From positions 26,908,001 to 26,972,000 of the forward strand of contig OZ024743.1 in NCBI GenBank assembly GCA_964016885.1: a stretch of DNA of 64,000 nt, read 5' to 3'. Made by a program: the position numbers and the translations under genes. The DNA is from Eledone cirrhosa (taxonomy: Eukaryota). A model generated the notes under the pieces. It worked only from the letters and a program-made list of their open reading frames with translations. It ran no database searches and was not told where the DNA came from. Every line of letters starts with the position of its first letter. The stretch's first letter is position 1. Positions 1 through 14,100 of the stretch are shown piece by piece.

Positions 1-513
1 AGATATCTCCAGATATAAAGCAATGCCTGTGCCGTGAAGATTTTATAGTGAGCAAAGGCACTGCACAAAGCCAGTCCCACTCTCTTAACGAAGATGATAT
101 TTACCAAAAAGAAGAACAAGTCAACATCATTGGATACCATCAGGGTTGCAGGTGTTAGATCAGATTTTTCATTCTCCTTGAATTCTGCCTACATGCATAC
201 ATGCATTCATGCATACATACATACATGCCTACATGCATACATACATGCATACACACTTACATACACACATACATATATACACACATACATATATACAGTA
301 TGTTTCTCCTAAAAGTCAATAAATAGAAATAAGATTGTAAAGTGCTCATGCGAGTGTATGGATATAGCAAGATAAGGAAAGTGAAATGTTGAAAACTGCA
401 TCATAAACCAGATTGGGAACTAGGCTGAAATAAAAGCTTTCTTTCTATATTCTTGATGTTGTTGGTGTTTGGCTGTTTGCTTTCTCTCCTTCTTTCTTTC
501 ATATGAGACAGCA

Positions 514-684
514 ATTATGTGACATCCCCAAGGTGCTTCAACCAGCCTAGGGTAGTGGGATCAGGGTGTGTGAGGTCCACACTCAAAGGTGGGTGGAGAT
601 TTGAGCACTCATTATGTGACATCCTCCAGGTGTTGCGACCAGCTTATGGTAGTTAGAGATCATAGCTCTCTGAGCTATGCACTC
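514..684. repeat. Two diverged ~97-bp tandem units
   Basis: ATTATGTGACATCC...CCAGC..GGTAGT..GATCA..CACTC starts at 514 and again at 611. Confidence 0.5.
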
Positions 685-2064
685 TATTGAGTTACGTTAC
701 TCCAAAGACCATTTGGAGGTGCTTACATTTTTGCCGCAATCATATTCTTTCAGTCATTAACCAAGGGTTGACACAAATTCTGAATTGAAGATAGCAAGTT
801 GGCTTTCACACTTACCTCCCTTCTGATGATTGAATGCTGAAGCCGGAGAATTAGAGCACTAGCTCCTGCAATTCTTGCACTTAATTCAGCCTCCTACCTA
901 CCTTCCATCATTCATAAATAAATGAAGAGATGCTAAGAAATAGATTAGCTGAAAAAAATATTTCTTTTTATTTCTTGACTTTAAAACTGTAAAACATGTT
1001 CATATTACTTTCGATACCTATTTTATTTTTTACAATACCATTTTTCATGACCAAAACTGCCAAAGAATTTAATCTGTCTTGTGCCATGAACAACCATAAA
1101 TATGGCTTTATAAGCTTTAGTTTATAAACTTTTTTCTCTCTGTCATGACCATAGTGTTGTAGGTATCATAAGTATTATCCTTAATGTAATTCACAGATTT
1201 GGAGTGGCATCCAGTAACTTATGATGATACTGATAGCTTCTATCAGAAGCTTTACATCTCCCAGAAATAACTATTTTGCAATATCTAGTTCTGTCAAGAG
1301 ATTACAACTGTAAATATCACCTACACAACATTTTGATATAAATTTGACTTCACTGAAGGAAGTTATTCATTATTTTCAAAGTTTTCATTTATTTTATTAT
1401 TTTCATGTTTTTCTTTTGTATTTGGAAGATTCAAAATAAAATAATGTGACACCTCTCAGTATGTGACACATATGGGGACTGAATGAATTGCCAGTTCTCT
1501 CAGTTGGATTGAATGCCTCTCCTACTTGTTTGTTTTCAAGATGTTAGGATTTAATTTCAGACATATTTGATTATTTTCCCAGTAGACTGAATGACTATGT
1601 TGTGTGATGTACTTTAGTAGTACTACAGAATAGTTTAGAAGTATAATGTAGTATAGTTTATTTTTCTGGTTTGATACACATCAGCAGTATAGTGTGGTGA
1701 ATTATAGTGGTGTAGTGTAATGCAAGCTGCTGTTGTGTTACTAGCTCCTTTGATCTTGCAAACTTATGCCATACTAGTAGTCAGTTGAATGATTATTTGG
1801 GATCCAAAGAGCAATTATTCCAGATTAATCCAATTAATCCTCCATCTAGTTGTTGACTATACCAATATCCAGAGATTAATAATATGAGATATAGTATAAC
1901 AGTCTGCTAGTAGTGCTGTGTGCTATAGCTGAGCAGAATTCTGTAGTACTGTTTAGTTGGATTGTAGGAGGTTTAGTAGGAAAGCATAGTTCAGTTAAAT
2001 AGTGTGGTTTAGTAGTTTACTAGTGTAGTTTTCCATACAGCTGTTTAGTATAATGTGTAGATGC

Positions 2065-2400
2065 AATCATGGCTGAGGAGTTACAAAGTTTGTGTCAATC
2101 ATAAGGTCTCATGTTTGATCCAACTATATGGTACCTTGGGTAAGTGTCTTTATTGTAGTCTTAGGTTGACCCAAGTTTTGTCAGTAAAATTAAGCAGATA
2201 GAAACAATGTAGCAGCCTGTTGGATGGATTGTATTTGTAATTCAATGATGTAGCCTTGTCAAATACTATGCTGGTTTTGCCCGAGAATTACATTAATGGT
2301 AGACATGTCTGGGGAATACTCAACCATTTACACATTAATTCCAGAGTTAGACATGAAGTTGATCTCACTACTGAGTGCTCATAGTTGAAACTAATGGAGG
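2065..2400 (+). mobile_element. Old, degenerate tRNA-derived SINE (CORE-like)
   Basis: tRNA-like head followed by CCTTGGGTAAGTGTCTT; related copies at ~17905-18060 (+) and ~9735-9870 (-). Boundaries approximate. Confidence 0.45.
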
Positions 2401-2760
2401 ATCTTTCATCAGGGTGGTATAGTCAGGCTTGTAGTACAGTCTCTTACAGTTTTGTGGTGTTTGGTATATCAATTTTTTAAATATATTTCTCTTCTGTGTT
2501 GTACTACACATCAGGCCATCCTTGGCTGGTTCTAGTAGTATATCAGTTTGTCTATGAGAAGAAAATGCTAGACCAGGTCCATTACTAAAGATGGTACTAT
2601 CTCTCTACTTTCCAATGGTGCACTTTCAGATTTAGACACATTTATGGTGATATGTTTATTCTCAAACTCCGTCATAGAGTCATGCCTACCCAGAATGTTC
2701 TGAAGCTCCCCTGAGAACCAAAACTTAACAATAAGTGTGTGCTATGCCCTGACTTCATAA

Positions 2761-2943
2761 CAGTGATTTGCAACATTGTTCTAATGGATCACCAGTGGTT
2801 CATACCAAAGTTCTGGTGGTCCACAGAAAATTTTATGTCCCACTATTTTGCACAATGCAATTAAAAGTAAATTTATATTTGGTGGTCCATGAAGTTGTTT
2901 TCGTGAATTTTGTGGACCACACGAAAAAGATTGTGCATCACTG
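2761..2943. mobile_element. hAT-type MITE
   Basis: Imperfect TIRs CAGTGATTTGCAAC / ATTGTGCATCACTG; flanking 8-mers CTTCATAA and TTTTATAA match 6/8, consistent with a decayed 8-bp TSD. Confidence 0.65.
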
Positions 2944-3240
2944 TTTTATAACGAAGTGGTGTAATGTATAAAACAATACAATAGTATGAACTTGTGTTTT
3001 ATAATGAAGTGATACAGTTCCATTTCTACTGTTACTGTTATGGCTTCTGCTCTTTGGAGCTGGCTGTCCTTGTGCTACTCATGCACACACAACTTGTCTC
3101 TATTCCTATTCCCATCCATGTTAAACCTATCCCAAACCTAACACTAACCACCCAATCCTTTCTCTTTAGAACATTGACTTTCTAGTTTTCCCTCCCAGCA
3201 CATACCTTTCCTGTAGTTTAACTGGTATGTTAATGGCATT

Positions 3241-3420
3241 ATTGGCAGTATCGGTAGAGGGTTTGACGCCATGCTTTCCAGCATAGTTACGTCCCTTTAC
3301 GATCTGAGTTCAAATCCCGCCGAGGTTGACTTTGCCTTTCATCCTTACGGGGTCGATAAAATAAAGTACCAGTAATGCACTGGGTAATTGCTGGCCTTGT
3401 GCCTAAAGTAGAAACAATTA
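3241..3420 (+). mobile_element. SINE family A (tRNA-like head; central GCCTTTCATCCTTACGGGGTCGATAAAATAAAGTACCAG resembling the Meta-type SINE domain)
   Basis: ~185-bp unit with B-box GAGTTCAAATCC, repeated at least 9 times in the window. Confidence 0.85.
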
Positions 3421-3536
3421 ATCTCACTAATGCTGGAAGGCCTATCCTTTTCTCCAGATCTAACAAATAAAAATAATCTATTTATCACCATCCTACTTCT
3501 TCCTTTTTTCAGATATAGTGCATATAAGGCTGCATT

Positions 3537-3727
3537 GGTGGATTGGCAGAATTGGTAGAGGGTCGGACGCCATGCTTTGCAGCAAAGAGTTACAGGCCTT
3601 TATGGTCCGAGTTCAAATCCCGCCGAGGTTAACTTTGCCTTTCATCTTTACGGGGGTCGATAAAATAAAGTACCAGTAATACACTGGGATAATTGCTGGC
3701 CTTGTGCCAAAAGTAGAAACAATTATT
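3537..3727 (+). mobile_element. SINE family A copy
   Basis: Near-identical to 3241-3420. Confidence 0.85.
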
Positions 3728-3952
3728 TTGAGTGTCCTTTCTTTTTTAAAAAAGAAAATAGGGTATGATTTGAGAGAGATTTAGTTGCTAGTCAAGACTA
3801 GTGGGAGGAAGTGAGGTAGTTATCTTCAAATAAGTGACTCCCAAATGCTTGCAACAGAGTGGACTGTGCTATTTCTAGCTTGGTGAACAGCCATATAGAG
3901 ACTCTCTTGTTGACTCTTATGTAGTTTAGGCGTGTGGTATGGTAATGTATTA

Positions 3953-4557
3953 TCTATATATCTAAAACAGAGAATGTCTGTCTGTCTGTCTGTAGAACTC
4001 CCTAAAACTCGAGAACCACCCAACCGATTGTTTTCAAAGTTTACACATGTAATCCTTATGGTCCTGTGAGTGTTTTGAGCAAAACATATTTCAAATTTTC
4101 AATGCTCTAGGGACCGCATTAGGTGATATAGCGATCTCTCTATAATTCTTAGTCTTTCTTTTTAGATAGATACATAGATAAAATGTTGTGTCCTTATAAT
4201 ATCTGTCTGTATGTCTGGCTGTCTGCATTACGACATTATGACGCTCTGTGTGTGCGTATATATGTATATATAGTGTGTGTATATATATATAGTGTGTAAC
4301 GTTTTTCGAAATATTTACTTCTGCGTTCACAGATCGATGTTTTTAGTTTCAGAAGATCCCGTTAAGGGTGAAAGCAGCGATTATTTTAATATATATCTAT
4401 ATATATAATTATATATTCGTGTACAGATATTTTTGCATACACAATAACAAAATATAAATAAACCTATTTATTTCACGAGGCTCGATAAGGATAAATATAT
4501 ATCAAATATATAAGAACCCTAGAGCAAATCCCGAGCAACGCTGGGCCATTCTGCTAG
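3953..4557 (+). mobile_element. Non-autonomous Helitron
   Basis: Starts with TC after an A and has (TGTC)n near the 5' end; subterminal hairpin CCCGAGCAACGCTGGG (4530-4545); ends CTAG followed by T; no TSD. Confidence 0.8.
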
Positions 4558-7500
4558 TAATATGCTAAAGTATTGTAGTTAGTTAAGAGTTATCCAATAG
4601 AGTAGGAGAGTCATACTGCATAGTAAGCAGTTGTGTGTATTTTAATAGTATTGGTTTATTGAACGTTTTTAATAACAACATTTTGTAATAATTTGAAAAT
4701 TGTTTTTGTTACAAGGCCATAACTTGGCCTAATGTTTTAATATATTGCAACGCAGTTAAATAAGTCTATGACAGTGTGTTGAGCCATTCTAACTGTACCA
4801 TGTTTCAAATGAAATCAACTACCATTCTAAGACCATATTTTTATTTTCTTTGTTTTAAATTGCTCCATTGACTGTAAAACTAGTTGGAGGAGTAACTGTA
4901 TAGCTGGGCTGGCTGAAGGTATTGGTAACTATCAGAGAGTCTTGAACTAGGGTATGCCATGTTACGTGTTTGGGATCTTTGAAATGCAAATGGAAAATAT
5001 AGATATAATTGTTTGTACATTAGGTACAAGGTCAGCAATTTGAGGGGAGGGGAATGTTGATTAAATTGACCCTCAGTGTATTACTGGTGCTTTATTTTAT
5101 TGACCACGTAAGGATGAAAGGCCGTAACTCTATCCTGCAAAGCATGTTGTCCAACAAAATATAGATATAATAAAATAAAATATAAGCAAGGAATCAAATT
5201 TATTTTAATATGTCGTTTGTAATATTAATGTATTTGATCTTGTTATTCAACTAGATAATGTAAAAGATTTATTTTCTGGAGATGGAAAACGTCTGGTAGA
5301 AACAATTAAATTCATCAGCAATAAAAGGTTACTGGATATCATACTAAATCTGTGAACTGCATTAAGAATAATACTTGGTCATGGAAGAGAGAAACTTTTG
5401 TAAAGTAAACCTCATAAAGCCATAGTTATGGTCATACATGTTTTCCTCATCTCTGACACAATACAGATTAAATTCTTTGGCAAGTCTATCTATAATAAAT
5501 GGTATCGCAAAAACAAAATAAATATAGAAAATGCTATGAAAACATTCACAGATTTTGGTTTGGATAATGTCTGTTTTCCAGCATCTGAGTTTGAACAGAA
5601 AGAGGTGAGAGAATTCTGGCCTGATATGGCCAGTTTAAATACTAAAGGGTTAAGTCTGTCTGAGTTTCTTGTCAATCATATTGTTTAAATATTCAAGTTC
5701 TGAAAATTGTCAAATTTTTGGCTAATACACTGAGTAAGTCAGACAAGTATTATTATTTTGTTGTTATTGGTTTGTCCTGGAGGAAAGTACTGCAGTCATG
5801 CCCTTCACAGAACTTCCAAGGCCAGTGAGATTGATGTGGGTGATTTTGGAACCTATCTTGCTGTACATGTGAATATGTGAGTATGTGTGTATGTTTGTGT
5901 GCTTATGTATGAATGAACCAATCCTTTTTTTGTCTGCGTATTTGTGCAATTGTAATTAAATACCCTGTATATATCTGTATTTTAGCCTACAGCATTAACG
6001 TTAATTGTGTTCATTTTACTATGCTAAACCTAAGTTAATGGGTTATCATATATAATAAGTTTGACATTCTTATGTCCCATTTATATCATGACTGATAGTT
6101 TTAATTAGGAGAATGAAGGATTTTTATTTAGTGCTAAGATAGTTGCTGTAAAATTACAAAATTATATAATTTTATAAAGGCCTACTATTCTAGCATAACA
6201 AAATAAAGATAAAACAACTAAAAAATAAAATAGTTTTCAAGCTAATGAGGTAGCTTATATGCAGTTGTTTGATTTGCTAGAAATAGCAGACAGGTCTATC
6301 ACAAATGATACCCTACTATCTTAAAGGAGGATAAATTGTATAATATGCTCCTAAATACAGAGTTTGAAAAAAAACCCCAAAAGAACAACAGGTAGACTAA
6401 ATAAAAAGAACACCTTTCTTTTAAAAATATATTTCTATTACATTATAATTTATTTTCATACTCATGTTACTAAAATTCTCATTTTTTAATCTTTTTATAT
6501 ATACTCTCAAATTAGCTGAATGGTGCAAATTAGCACAATAGTATGTAGATCTGTTATTCGATCCTGTATACTATATATATTGCTGTTTAACCCAGATTAA
6601 CCTCCAAGTTGAGCAAACCTATGATCAAAAGCAATTCTACTGTAAATGTTTGGAGCACTGAATTATCTAAAGTGTTTTTTTTTTTATTAAGACAGTAAAG
6701 TGTGATATAAGAGACATTTGGTTGATATCATTAGTAGATTGAGCAATCCATAGAGGCTCTCTTATTGGCTCATATCATTTCTGTTGTTATTTAGTCAAAG
6801 TTATCCCTGATCTAGCAAATCTATGATCAAAGACATTCCAACCATGACCTGTCTGATTTTATTTCGGCATATTTATATCTGGACTACATAATCTAATATG
6901 TTCTTCCCTTTTCAAGATATTTGGCTGGGATTTAAAGGAGAGTTGGCTGTTATTTCTAGCACACTGGTCAGTGACATGTAGCATAAAGCAAAAGGTTATC
7001 TTCCATCCACCTGACATCATGATATCAATTTGCAGTTGAAATCACTTTACTTATGCCACTAATTACTATTGGGAAATGCATACACATCACAAACCCTATT
7101 TCCTCTAGTGCTCAGTCAAATGAAACCATGGTCGATTTAACATCAGTTTTAGAGAGTATCAAATTGCAAGTTGTTTTTGTAAGTAAGCCAATGATAATCT
7201 ATTGATGACTGATAACACTATTGATCCTTGAACTAACAAACAACTACATAAATCAATTTTTAAAGTGGTAACATTTGCATTTATGTGTAAAAAAGTACAC
7301 TAAAATAAATAGACTGGAATCAATATAGATAAATGCAACAATGTAAATATTATGGTGTCATTAGATTACATTGAGGTTGCGCATTGATTCATCTGGAACA
7401 AATTTCACATTCATTTCAAACAAATACTGGAAAACGCAGATGAGGAATAAATATTTAGTAGAATTACCCTGATATTATTTGTTGTTGGAAAATTGCAACA

Positions 7501-7842
7501 GTTCTAAATTATACCAAATAAATCAATACTTTAGGAACCAAGGATTTTAAAATAAAATTGATGAAAGTTATGTAGATTCAGTGTGCCACAATGCATAGTT
7601 AATTGGCAGATATTTTATGACTGGATACCCAACTTACTATCGAGCATTAGCAGAATAGCATGGATGTATTTATCCTGCTATCAACACCATAGAAATTATG
7701 GGCCTTCTACTCACTATATTAGTTTTAATTCAGGATGGCTATTTTCCAAGATTGTCTTCTTTGCAGGGACCTTGTCAAAATACTGCAAAATGGATTCAAG
7801 AGCCATTTCTTTGAGATTTAGATTCACAAAAATCAGTAAAAC

Positions 7843-8029
7843 AATTGTTTCTACTTTTGGCACAAGGCCAGCAATTATCCCAGTGCATTACTGGTACTTT
7901 ATTTTATCGATCCCGTAGGGATGAAAGGCAAAGTTAACCTCGGCAGGATTTGAACTCAGATCATAAAGGGCCGTAACTCTATGCTCCAAAGCATGGTGTC
8001 CAGCCCTCTACTGATACTGCCAATCCACC
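7843..8029 (-). mobile_element. SINE family A copy
   Basis: Reverse complement of the family A unit. Confidence 0.85.
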
Positions 8030-8189
8030 ATAAAATAATTGTAAACATAGATGTGCAGTACTTAAAAATAAGATTATTATTTGGTCGTGACTAAATGTAA
8101 CGGGATTTTAATTTGATGTTGGTTGATCAGCTTGGTCTGTTCAGTGTTGTGTGACAGATATGTGTGCGTCTCAGTGAATCGAGATGTAT

Positions 8190-8203
8190 GTTGCCATAGC
8201 AAC
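8190..8203. promoter_or_regulatory. RFX X-box motif
   Basis: GTTGCCATAGCAAC, one base from the perfect palindrome GTTGCCATGGCAAC, in apparently non-repeat sequence. Confidence 0.45.
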
Positions 8204-8220
8204 AAGAACCACTACTTTAA

Positions 8221-8431
8221 CCCTTTAGCATTTAAACCAGCTGTATCCGGCCAGATTTCTCTCACCTCTTTCTGTTCAAACCTGCCACTCATATTGATGT
8301 TAAGGTATTGTTCACAAATGAAATAATATCAAAATCTCATAGATTCAATATTATGTGAGATAACTATGTGAGGTAAAACCTTTACCATGAAAATACAATA
8401 GTATATATAGAGTAATGTAAATGCTAAAGTG
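8221..8431. mobile_element. piggyBac-like MITE
   Basis: TTAA|CCCTTTAGCATTT ... AAATGCTAAAGTG|TTAA; related copy at 33006-33149 and a half copy ending near 5649. Confidence 0.7.
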
Positions 8432-9587
8432 TTAATCATTTTATTAATGAATAACTTGCTTCGAAGTTATTGTGATAACAGAACAAACAACAAAGTGTTG
8501 CAGTAAAATTGTGTATTATGTTCGTATAATGGTTTGATGTGGGATGCTTGTAGATGTAGACTTAAAAGTGTAACTCATCTTTGTTGATATCGAAACAGGA
8601 GAAAGACCATCTTAGTTTGGTGGCCTAAAAGACCGGGATCCAATGAATTGGAGTGAGTCTGTTGAGAACTACATTGTTTTGATATTTTTGTGAACTGGAC
8701 AGCTGAGGGCAGAATTTTTATGAGGAGTTTGTTTTCCTTGATGATAACAAGATGGCTTTCAGAAAACAATTCCTCAAGACAATTTGGTGACATGAGTCCC
8801 CAAAACAAAGGAAGTAAATGTTTAGGAGGCCAAAAAGTCATTATGTGTGGCCACATGATCAATTTAGCTAACCAGGGAACAAAAGTTCAAACTTCTCTGC
8901 TTAGATTCATGACAGATATACTTTCTGTGATCATAGAAATCATAGGCAATATGAAGCTAGACATCAGAGTGGCCAGGTTGCTAGGTGTTTTGTTTATAAA
9001 CTAGGACACTTAGCAGACAATAGATTTACTGCCAATATTGTTCAAAGTATTGATAGGACTTGTAATATGATTAAGTAGTGAAAGAGAGGAATAATGGTTT
9101 CGAAGTGATAGAAGGGTTTGAAGTGGTAGAAGGTTTCAAAGTGGTAGAAATGGCAGAATCTCCGGCTAAATGCTGTGCATACTTAATTATGTCTGAGTAT
9201 AAACCCACCTGGGTTTAATTTTACCTTTCATCTTTCTCGGGTCGATGAGTACCAGTAATATAATGTGGTCTATTCTATTGAATATAACCCTTTCTCTACA
9301 AATTTATGGCCCTTTGTCAGTATTAGTAAACAATGATAGTACTTTTTTGGCAATTTAAGTCAAATCCAGTTTGTTACTCTATACATATTTAAGAAAAACA
9401 CTCAATGACAATTCCTCTTGATAATGAATGGTAAGTCTGAAAATATTTGGTATCATTAAATTTGCTAAGGTAACTCTCACTCTTATCTTTTGTTCTATTT
9501 TCTCAAATTCTTCTTACCTTTGCACTTATATCTCACACACATTGTCAGGCTTCCAAATAACCAAACTTATTTCTTAGTTTTAATAGC

Positions 9588-9592
<5 letters not shown>

Positions 9593-9664
<72 letters not shown>

Positions 9665-9674
9665 AGACAGATAG

Positions 9675-9710
<36 letters not shown>
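9593..9710. repeat. (TA)n/(CA)n microsatellite
   Basis: Read directly from sequence. Confidence 0.95.
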
Positions 9711-9712
<2 letters not shown>

Positions 9713-9979
9713 GTATGACAAGCTTCTGCAGTATATATTTACCAAATTCTATTCACAAGGGATTGGTCAACTGAAGGATATAGTGGAAGGCACTTGCTCA
9801 ACGTGCTGTGCAACAGGACTGAAACCGGAACCATATGGTTGTGAAATGAAATTGTTCATCACACAGCTGTCTGGTAGATAAATTGAGCATAAAAACAAAC
9901 TGGGAATCAAACCGGCATATTTTAGAGTAAGAAGTGAGTGTATCAGTAGAATTTATATAGTTGAATTAGAGAGACGGAA

Positions 9980-9982
<3 letters not shown>

Positions 9983-10066
<84 letters not shown>

Positions 10067-10081
10067 GAGAGAGAGATAGAT
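9983..10081. repeat. (GA)n microsatellite at the 3' end of Tx1 copy A
   Basis: Read directly from sequence. Confidence 0.95.
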
Positions 10082-10908
10082 AAATTTCTTTATTAGCCAC
10101 AAGGGCACAAAAGAAGGGGACAAATAGAAATGGAGAGTTTACATACAGGTATCATTTCATTTTACGTCCGCTTTTTCCCTGCTTGCAAGGGTGGGACGGG
10201 AACTGATTCTGGCTTGATTTCTACAGTTGGATGCCCTTCCTAACACTAACTTCATTTACAGTGAGTGCTGGGTGCTTTTTTTGCCTTGGCACCCCCACGA
10301 CCACTTTGCAGTGGAATGATAGGGACCCCAGTCCCTATTATCTCATTTCTACAGCTGAGTAAACTGGAGCAATGTGAAATAAAGCATCTTGCTCAAGCAA
10401 ACAACACATCACCTGGTCTGAGAATTGAACTCACAACCTTTCGATTGCAAGGCCAAAGCCATGTGCCTCCATAAAACTATTAATAAAATAACAAATAACA
10501 ATTGAAATCACCAATAGGGGGGAGGCGTTACACAGGGGTTGTACACACCCCATAAAATGTACAACCCTCATCTCCAGGAGCACCAAGAGTGAGTACTTCC
10601 TTCTGCTCTTCCTCTTTTTCCTCAACCTACAGGCTTATATAGAGAGAAGGCCCAACCACTCGGGCCATCTTTGCCACATTCACCCACCTTTTATAAAATT
10701 TGCTGGGGTACAGCACCTCTCTCTCCATCCTGATTCTTCTTCCAAAATGATATTTGAAAAAACGAATCAGTTGCTTGCCGGAGAGAAAGGTCTCTGACCT
10801 CAGCCCTTTTAACCTCGTCCAGCATATAACCTCTTTCACCATAGCCATAACACATAGGAAAACCGCCTCTCCCTCGTTTTTGAAGGAGGGTGGCGGTTTG
10901 ATCATGAC
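10082..10908 (-). mobile_element. Tx1/L1-clade LINE copy A (5'-truncated; 3'UTR interrupted by a SINE)
   Basis: ORF 10627-10905 is homologous to the C-terminus of the 11191 and 15413 ORFs; terminal GTGGCTAATAAAGAAA then TCTA/TC repeat. Confidence 0.8.
10152..10470 (-). mobile_element. SINE family B (tRNA head, CORE-like body, RTE-type tail)
   Basis: Reverse complement of 59976-60320; tail CCCACCCTTGCAAGCAGGGAAAA..GGACGTAAAATGA shared with an RTE. Confidence 0.85.
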
Positions 10909-11190
10909 AATAGAGATAGATAGATATGTTTCTTTTATTTGCCACTAGGGCATCAAAAGTGGGACAAGTACAAAGGGGGGAGTTTACACAAAAAGGCGTC
11001 CTCAATAAGGAGGAGGCAATAACAAAATATAAAAATAAAATAAGATATAACAAAAAATAAAATTTTTAACAAAATCCTCAATAGAGAGGAGGCGCCTTGG
11101 GGGGTCGCACACACCCCCGAAAAAAGTGTGCAACCCTTCTCCTCAGGAGCACAGAGAAGGGGTGCTCCCTTGGTCTTTCATCTTCCTCAC

Positions 11191-14100
11191 CTATAGTCTG
11201 ATGTAGAGTGAAGGCCCATTCACACGGGCCATTCTCGCCACTTTCACCCATCTTTCATAGAAACGGCTGGGGTGCAGCACCTCTCTCTCCATCCTGATCC
11301 TTCTTCCGAAATGATATCGGAAGAAACGGACCAGTTGTTGGCCAGAGAGAAAGGTGCCTGACCTCAGTCCTTTCAGACGCGTCCACCATACAACCTCTTT
11401 CGCCATGGCTATTACGCACAGAAACACCGCCTCTGCTTCATCTTTGAAGGGGGGAGGCGGCTTGATCGTTACAATAGACTTGGTGGTCAACCGGATCGGT
11501 CCCACCCTTGACAGCAGTTGTTCGACATAGCCCCACAGATCGGCTACGCCCGAGCAGTGTACCAATGCGTGTGCAACGGTTTCCTCGTCGCACACGCATC
11601 TGGGGCAGATCTTTTTGGCGGGGTCCCTACCCGGGCGCCCGTGTCTGTAGAGCCTTTCTCGAACGGGTAAAGCCCCTCGGTAGCACTGCCAGGCCAGGGA
11701 CTTCTGGAAATCGTCCATAGGTCCTGGGCTGAATGTCCTACCGAACAGGCTGGCCAGTTCGTCCTCCTCCATGTCTAGGGCTTCTCCGAGGGCGTCGTCG
11801 CACCTGCTGCGTACCAGCCCTCTATAGAATGTTGCGGTGGAGTCTCCACTGATAACCGGATCCGCCTGCTAGAGGGCGGTGAGCGCCTGGGCACACTCAG
11901 TGTGCCAGGCGCCCAGTTTTCTCGGTCTTTGCTTGACCCAGGATTGCAGCTCGGTGAGTGAGACGAGTCTGGGAAAGGTGTTTACGCATCATTAGCCACG
12001 GCATCCCCAGCCCTCCTTTCGAAGGGTGTTGACAGCAGATGGATCTCCTCACCATAGGAGCCCGCCTCTTCCAAAGGAATTGGAAGAGCGCGCGCTCCAT
12101 CTTGGTGAGGGTTTCCCTTGGGCAGGGCACTACGGTCAGGCAGTAGTAGATGACGGACGCTATGTAGGTGTTCGCTACTTCCGCCCGACCTTTCAGGGAT
12201 AGTTTGCAACTGGCCCACTTCTGGGTCAGTGCAAACACCCTGTTCGTAACCTCCGCCCAGTTTTTCTCCACCTGGAGGTCCGGTCCGAACCAGACCCCGA
12301 GCAACTTCACCGGGCCCTCCGTCCAGCGTCCGTCGACGCTATCGGAGGGCATCGGTCTGCCCCTCCACGTGCCGAGTTGCAAACCGATCGACTTGTCCCG
12401 GTTCAGCTTAGCCCCTGTGAACCTTTCGTACTCCTCCAGTAAGGTGCCGACCGCCTCGATTTCGGAGGCCGTCGACACCATTACTGTCACGTCATCGGCG
12501 TAGGCCGACACCGCTTTCCGCAATCCCGGTTCCAAGGGGATGCCCTGCAACAACTCCAACTTCCGCAGTAGTGGCTCGAGAGTCAACACATACAGAAGGG
12601 AGGAGAGAGGGCACCCTTGTCGGATGGACCGCGCGATTTTGAACGGCTCCGAGAGGTAGCCGTTCACCTTGACCCTAGAGCAGATGCGGCTGCTGTGCAT
12701 AGCAGTGATCCAGCCCCTGAAAACGGGTCCGAAGTCTGCCGCCGCTAGCACCGCATCCAGGTAACCATGGTCGACCCTATCGAACGCCTTAGATTGATCC
12801 AAGTTGATCAGAGCCCCACCAAAGCCGGGTTCGTTCCCAACCCTCTCTATGATGTATTGCATGAGGTGGAGGTTGTCATGGATGGACCTGGACGGGATAG
12901 CGCATGTCTGCGCATCTCCCACCAGGTTGCCCACGACAAGCGCCAACCTCTTTGCTAGCACCTTGGCCAAAATCTGTAACTCTGTATTTAGCAGTGTTAT
13001 GGGCCTGAAGTTACTTATTTCGTCCCCCTTGTTCTCGTCCTTCCTCACTAGCGTGACTACGCCCTTGGTCACAGTACAGGGAATTCTCCCGTTCTGTTGC
13101 CAGTTGCAGTAGACCGCCTCGAGGAGATCGGAGAACAAGTCCGGCATAGCTAGATATAATTCGTAAGGAAGACCATCGAGACCCGGGGATTTGCGTTTGC
13201 CGCATTGGCTCAGCACGTCCTCTATCTCAGCGGCCGAAATCGGCTCCTCGCAGGACTTCGCCTCCCTGTCCGAGAGGCGCGGCAGGCCGTCGAGGTATGG
13301 ACCGAAGTCCACGTTCCCAACCGGCTCCCCGCCCCTCCCGAACAGTCGGGCAAAGTGCCTTTGAAAGGCCTCACACATCTGCTTAGGCTCAAGAATCGCC
13401 CGTCCATCCAGGTCTCGCAAAGACCGGATGGAGGATTTAGTTCCACTGTTGGCCTCTGTCACGCGGGCCCAGCTAACAGCTTTGGTCCCCTCGTTCCCTA
13501 GAGCACGTATTTTACTTCGGACAACGCAGCCTTCGTGCTTCGCGTCGAAAAACTGGCTCAAAGCCGTTCTCGACGCTAGCACTCTGGCCACGTCGCCGCT
13601 TCTAATTGCCTCTTCTACTCTATCTATTAGCTCCCTTTCCTTCCTATTCCTATCCGCAGCTAGAACCTTACTAAATTCTATCGAGACTACTCTAATCTCT
13701 CTCTTTAGAGATACCCACCACCTGCTGTTGACGATCGCTCCAGTCAACCGTTCCTTAACTAACGTACTAATCCGATTCCTGTAGGCTCTACTTGCCGGCA
13801 AGGACAAGTTGAGCTTCCAGTAACCGGGGCCCTGTCTATGAGTTCTGTCAAGGTTGACCATGCAGGTCACTAATTTGTGGTCTGAATAGCCAACCATGCG
13901 CATTTTTGGACAACTTAAAAAGTCCTTATCCTTAATTCTAACTAAGAACCTATCTAGGTACGACCTAGATGATCCGCTACGATTTGCCCAAGTCCAGGTT
14001 GGCGCAGTCGGAAAATCTAGTCGATATCTATCGGCCAGGTCAAATCGACCGATTAACCCTTTGAGGCTATTACACCCCTCTCTATCGGGGCAGGCCCCTA

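Noticed and set aside
1590-2060. TAGT/GTAG-rich biased region
   Set aside because: Looks like a decayed simple repeat, with no defined unit or structure.
5255-5358. Possible plus-strand exon NVKDLFSGDGKRLVETIKFISNK
   Set aside because: No convincing donor and no recognisable homology.
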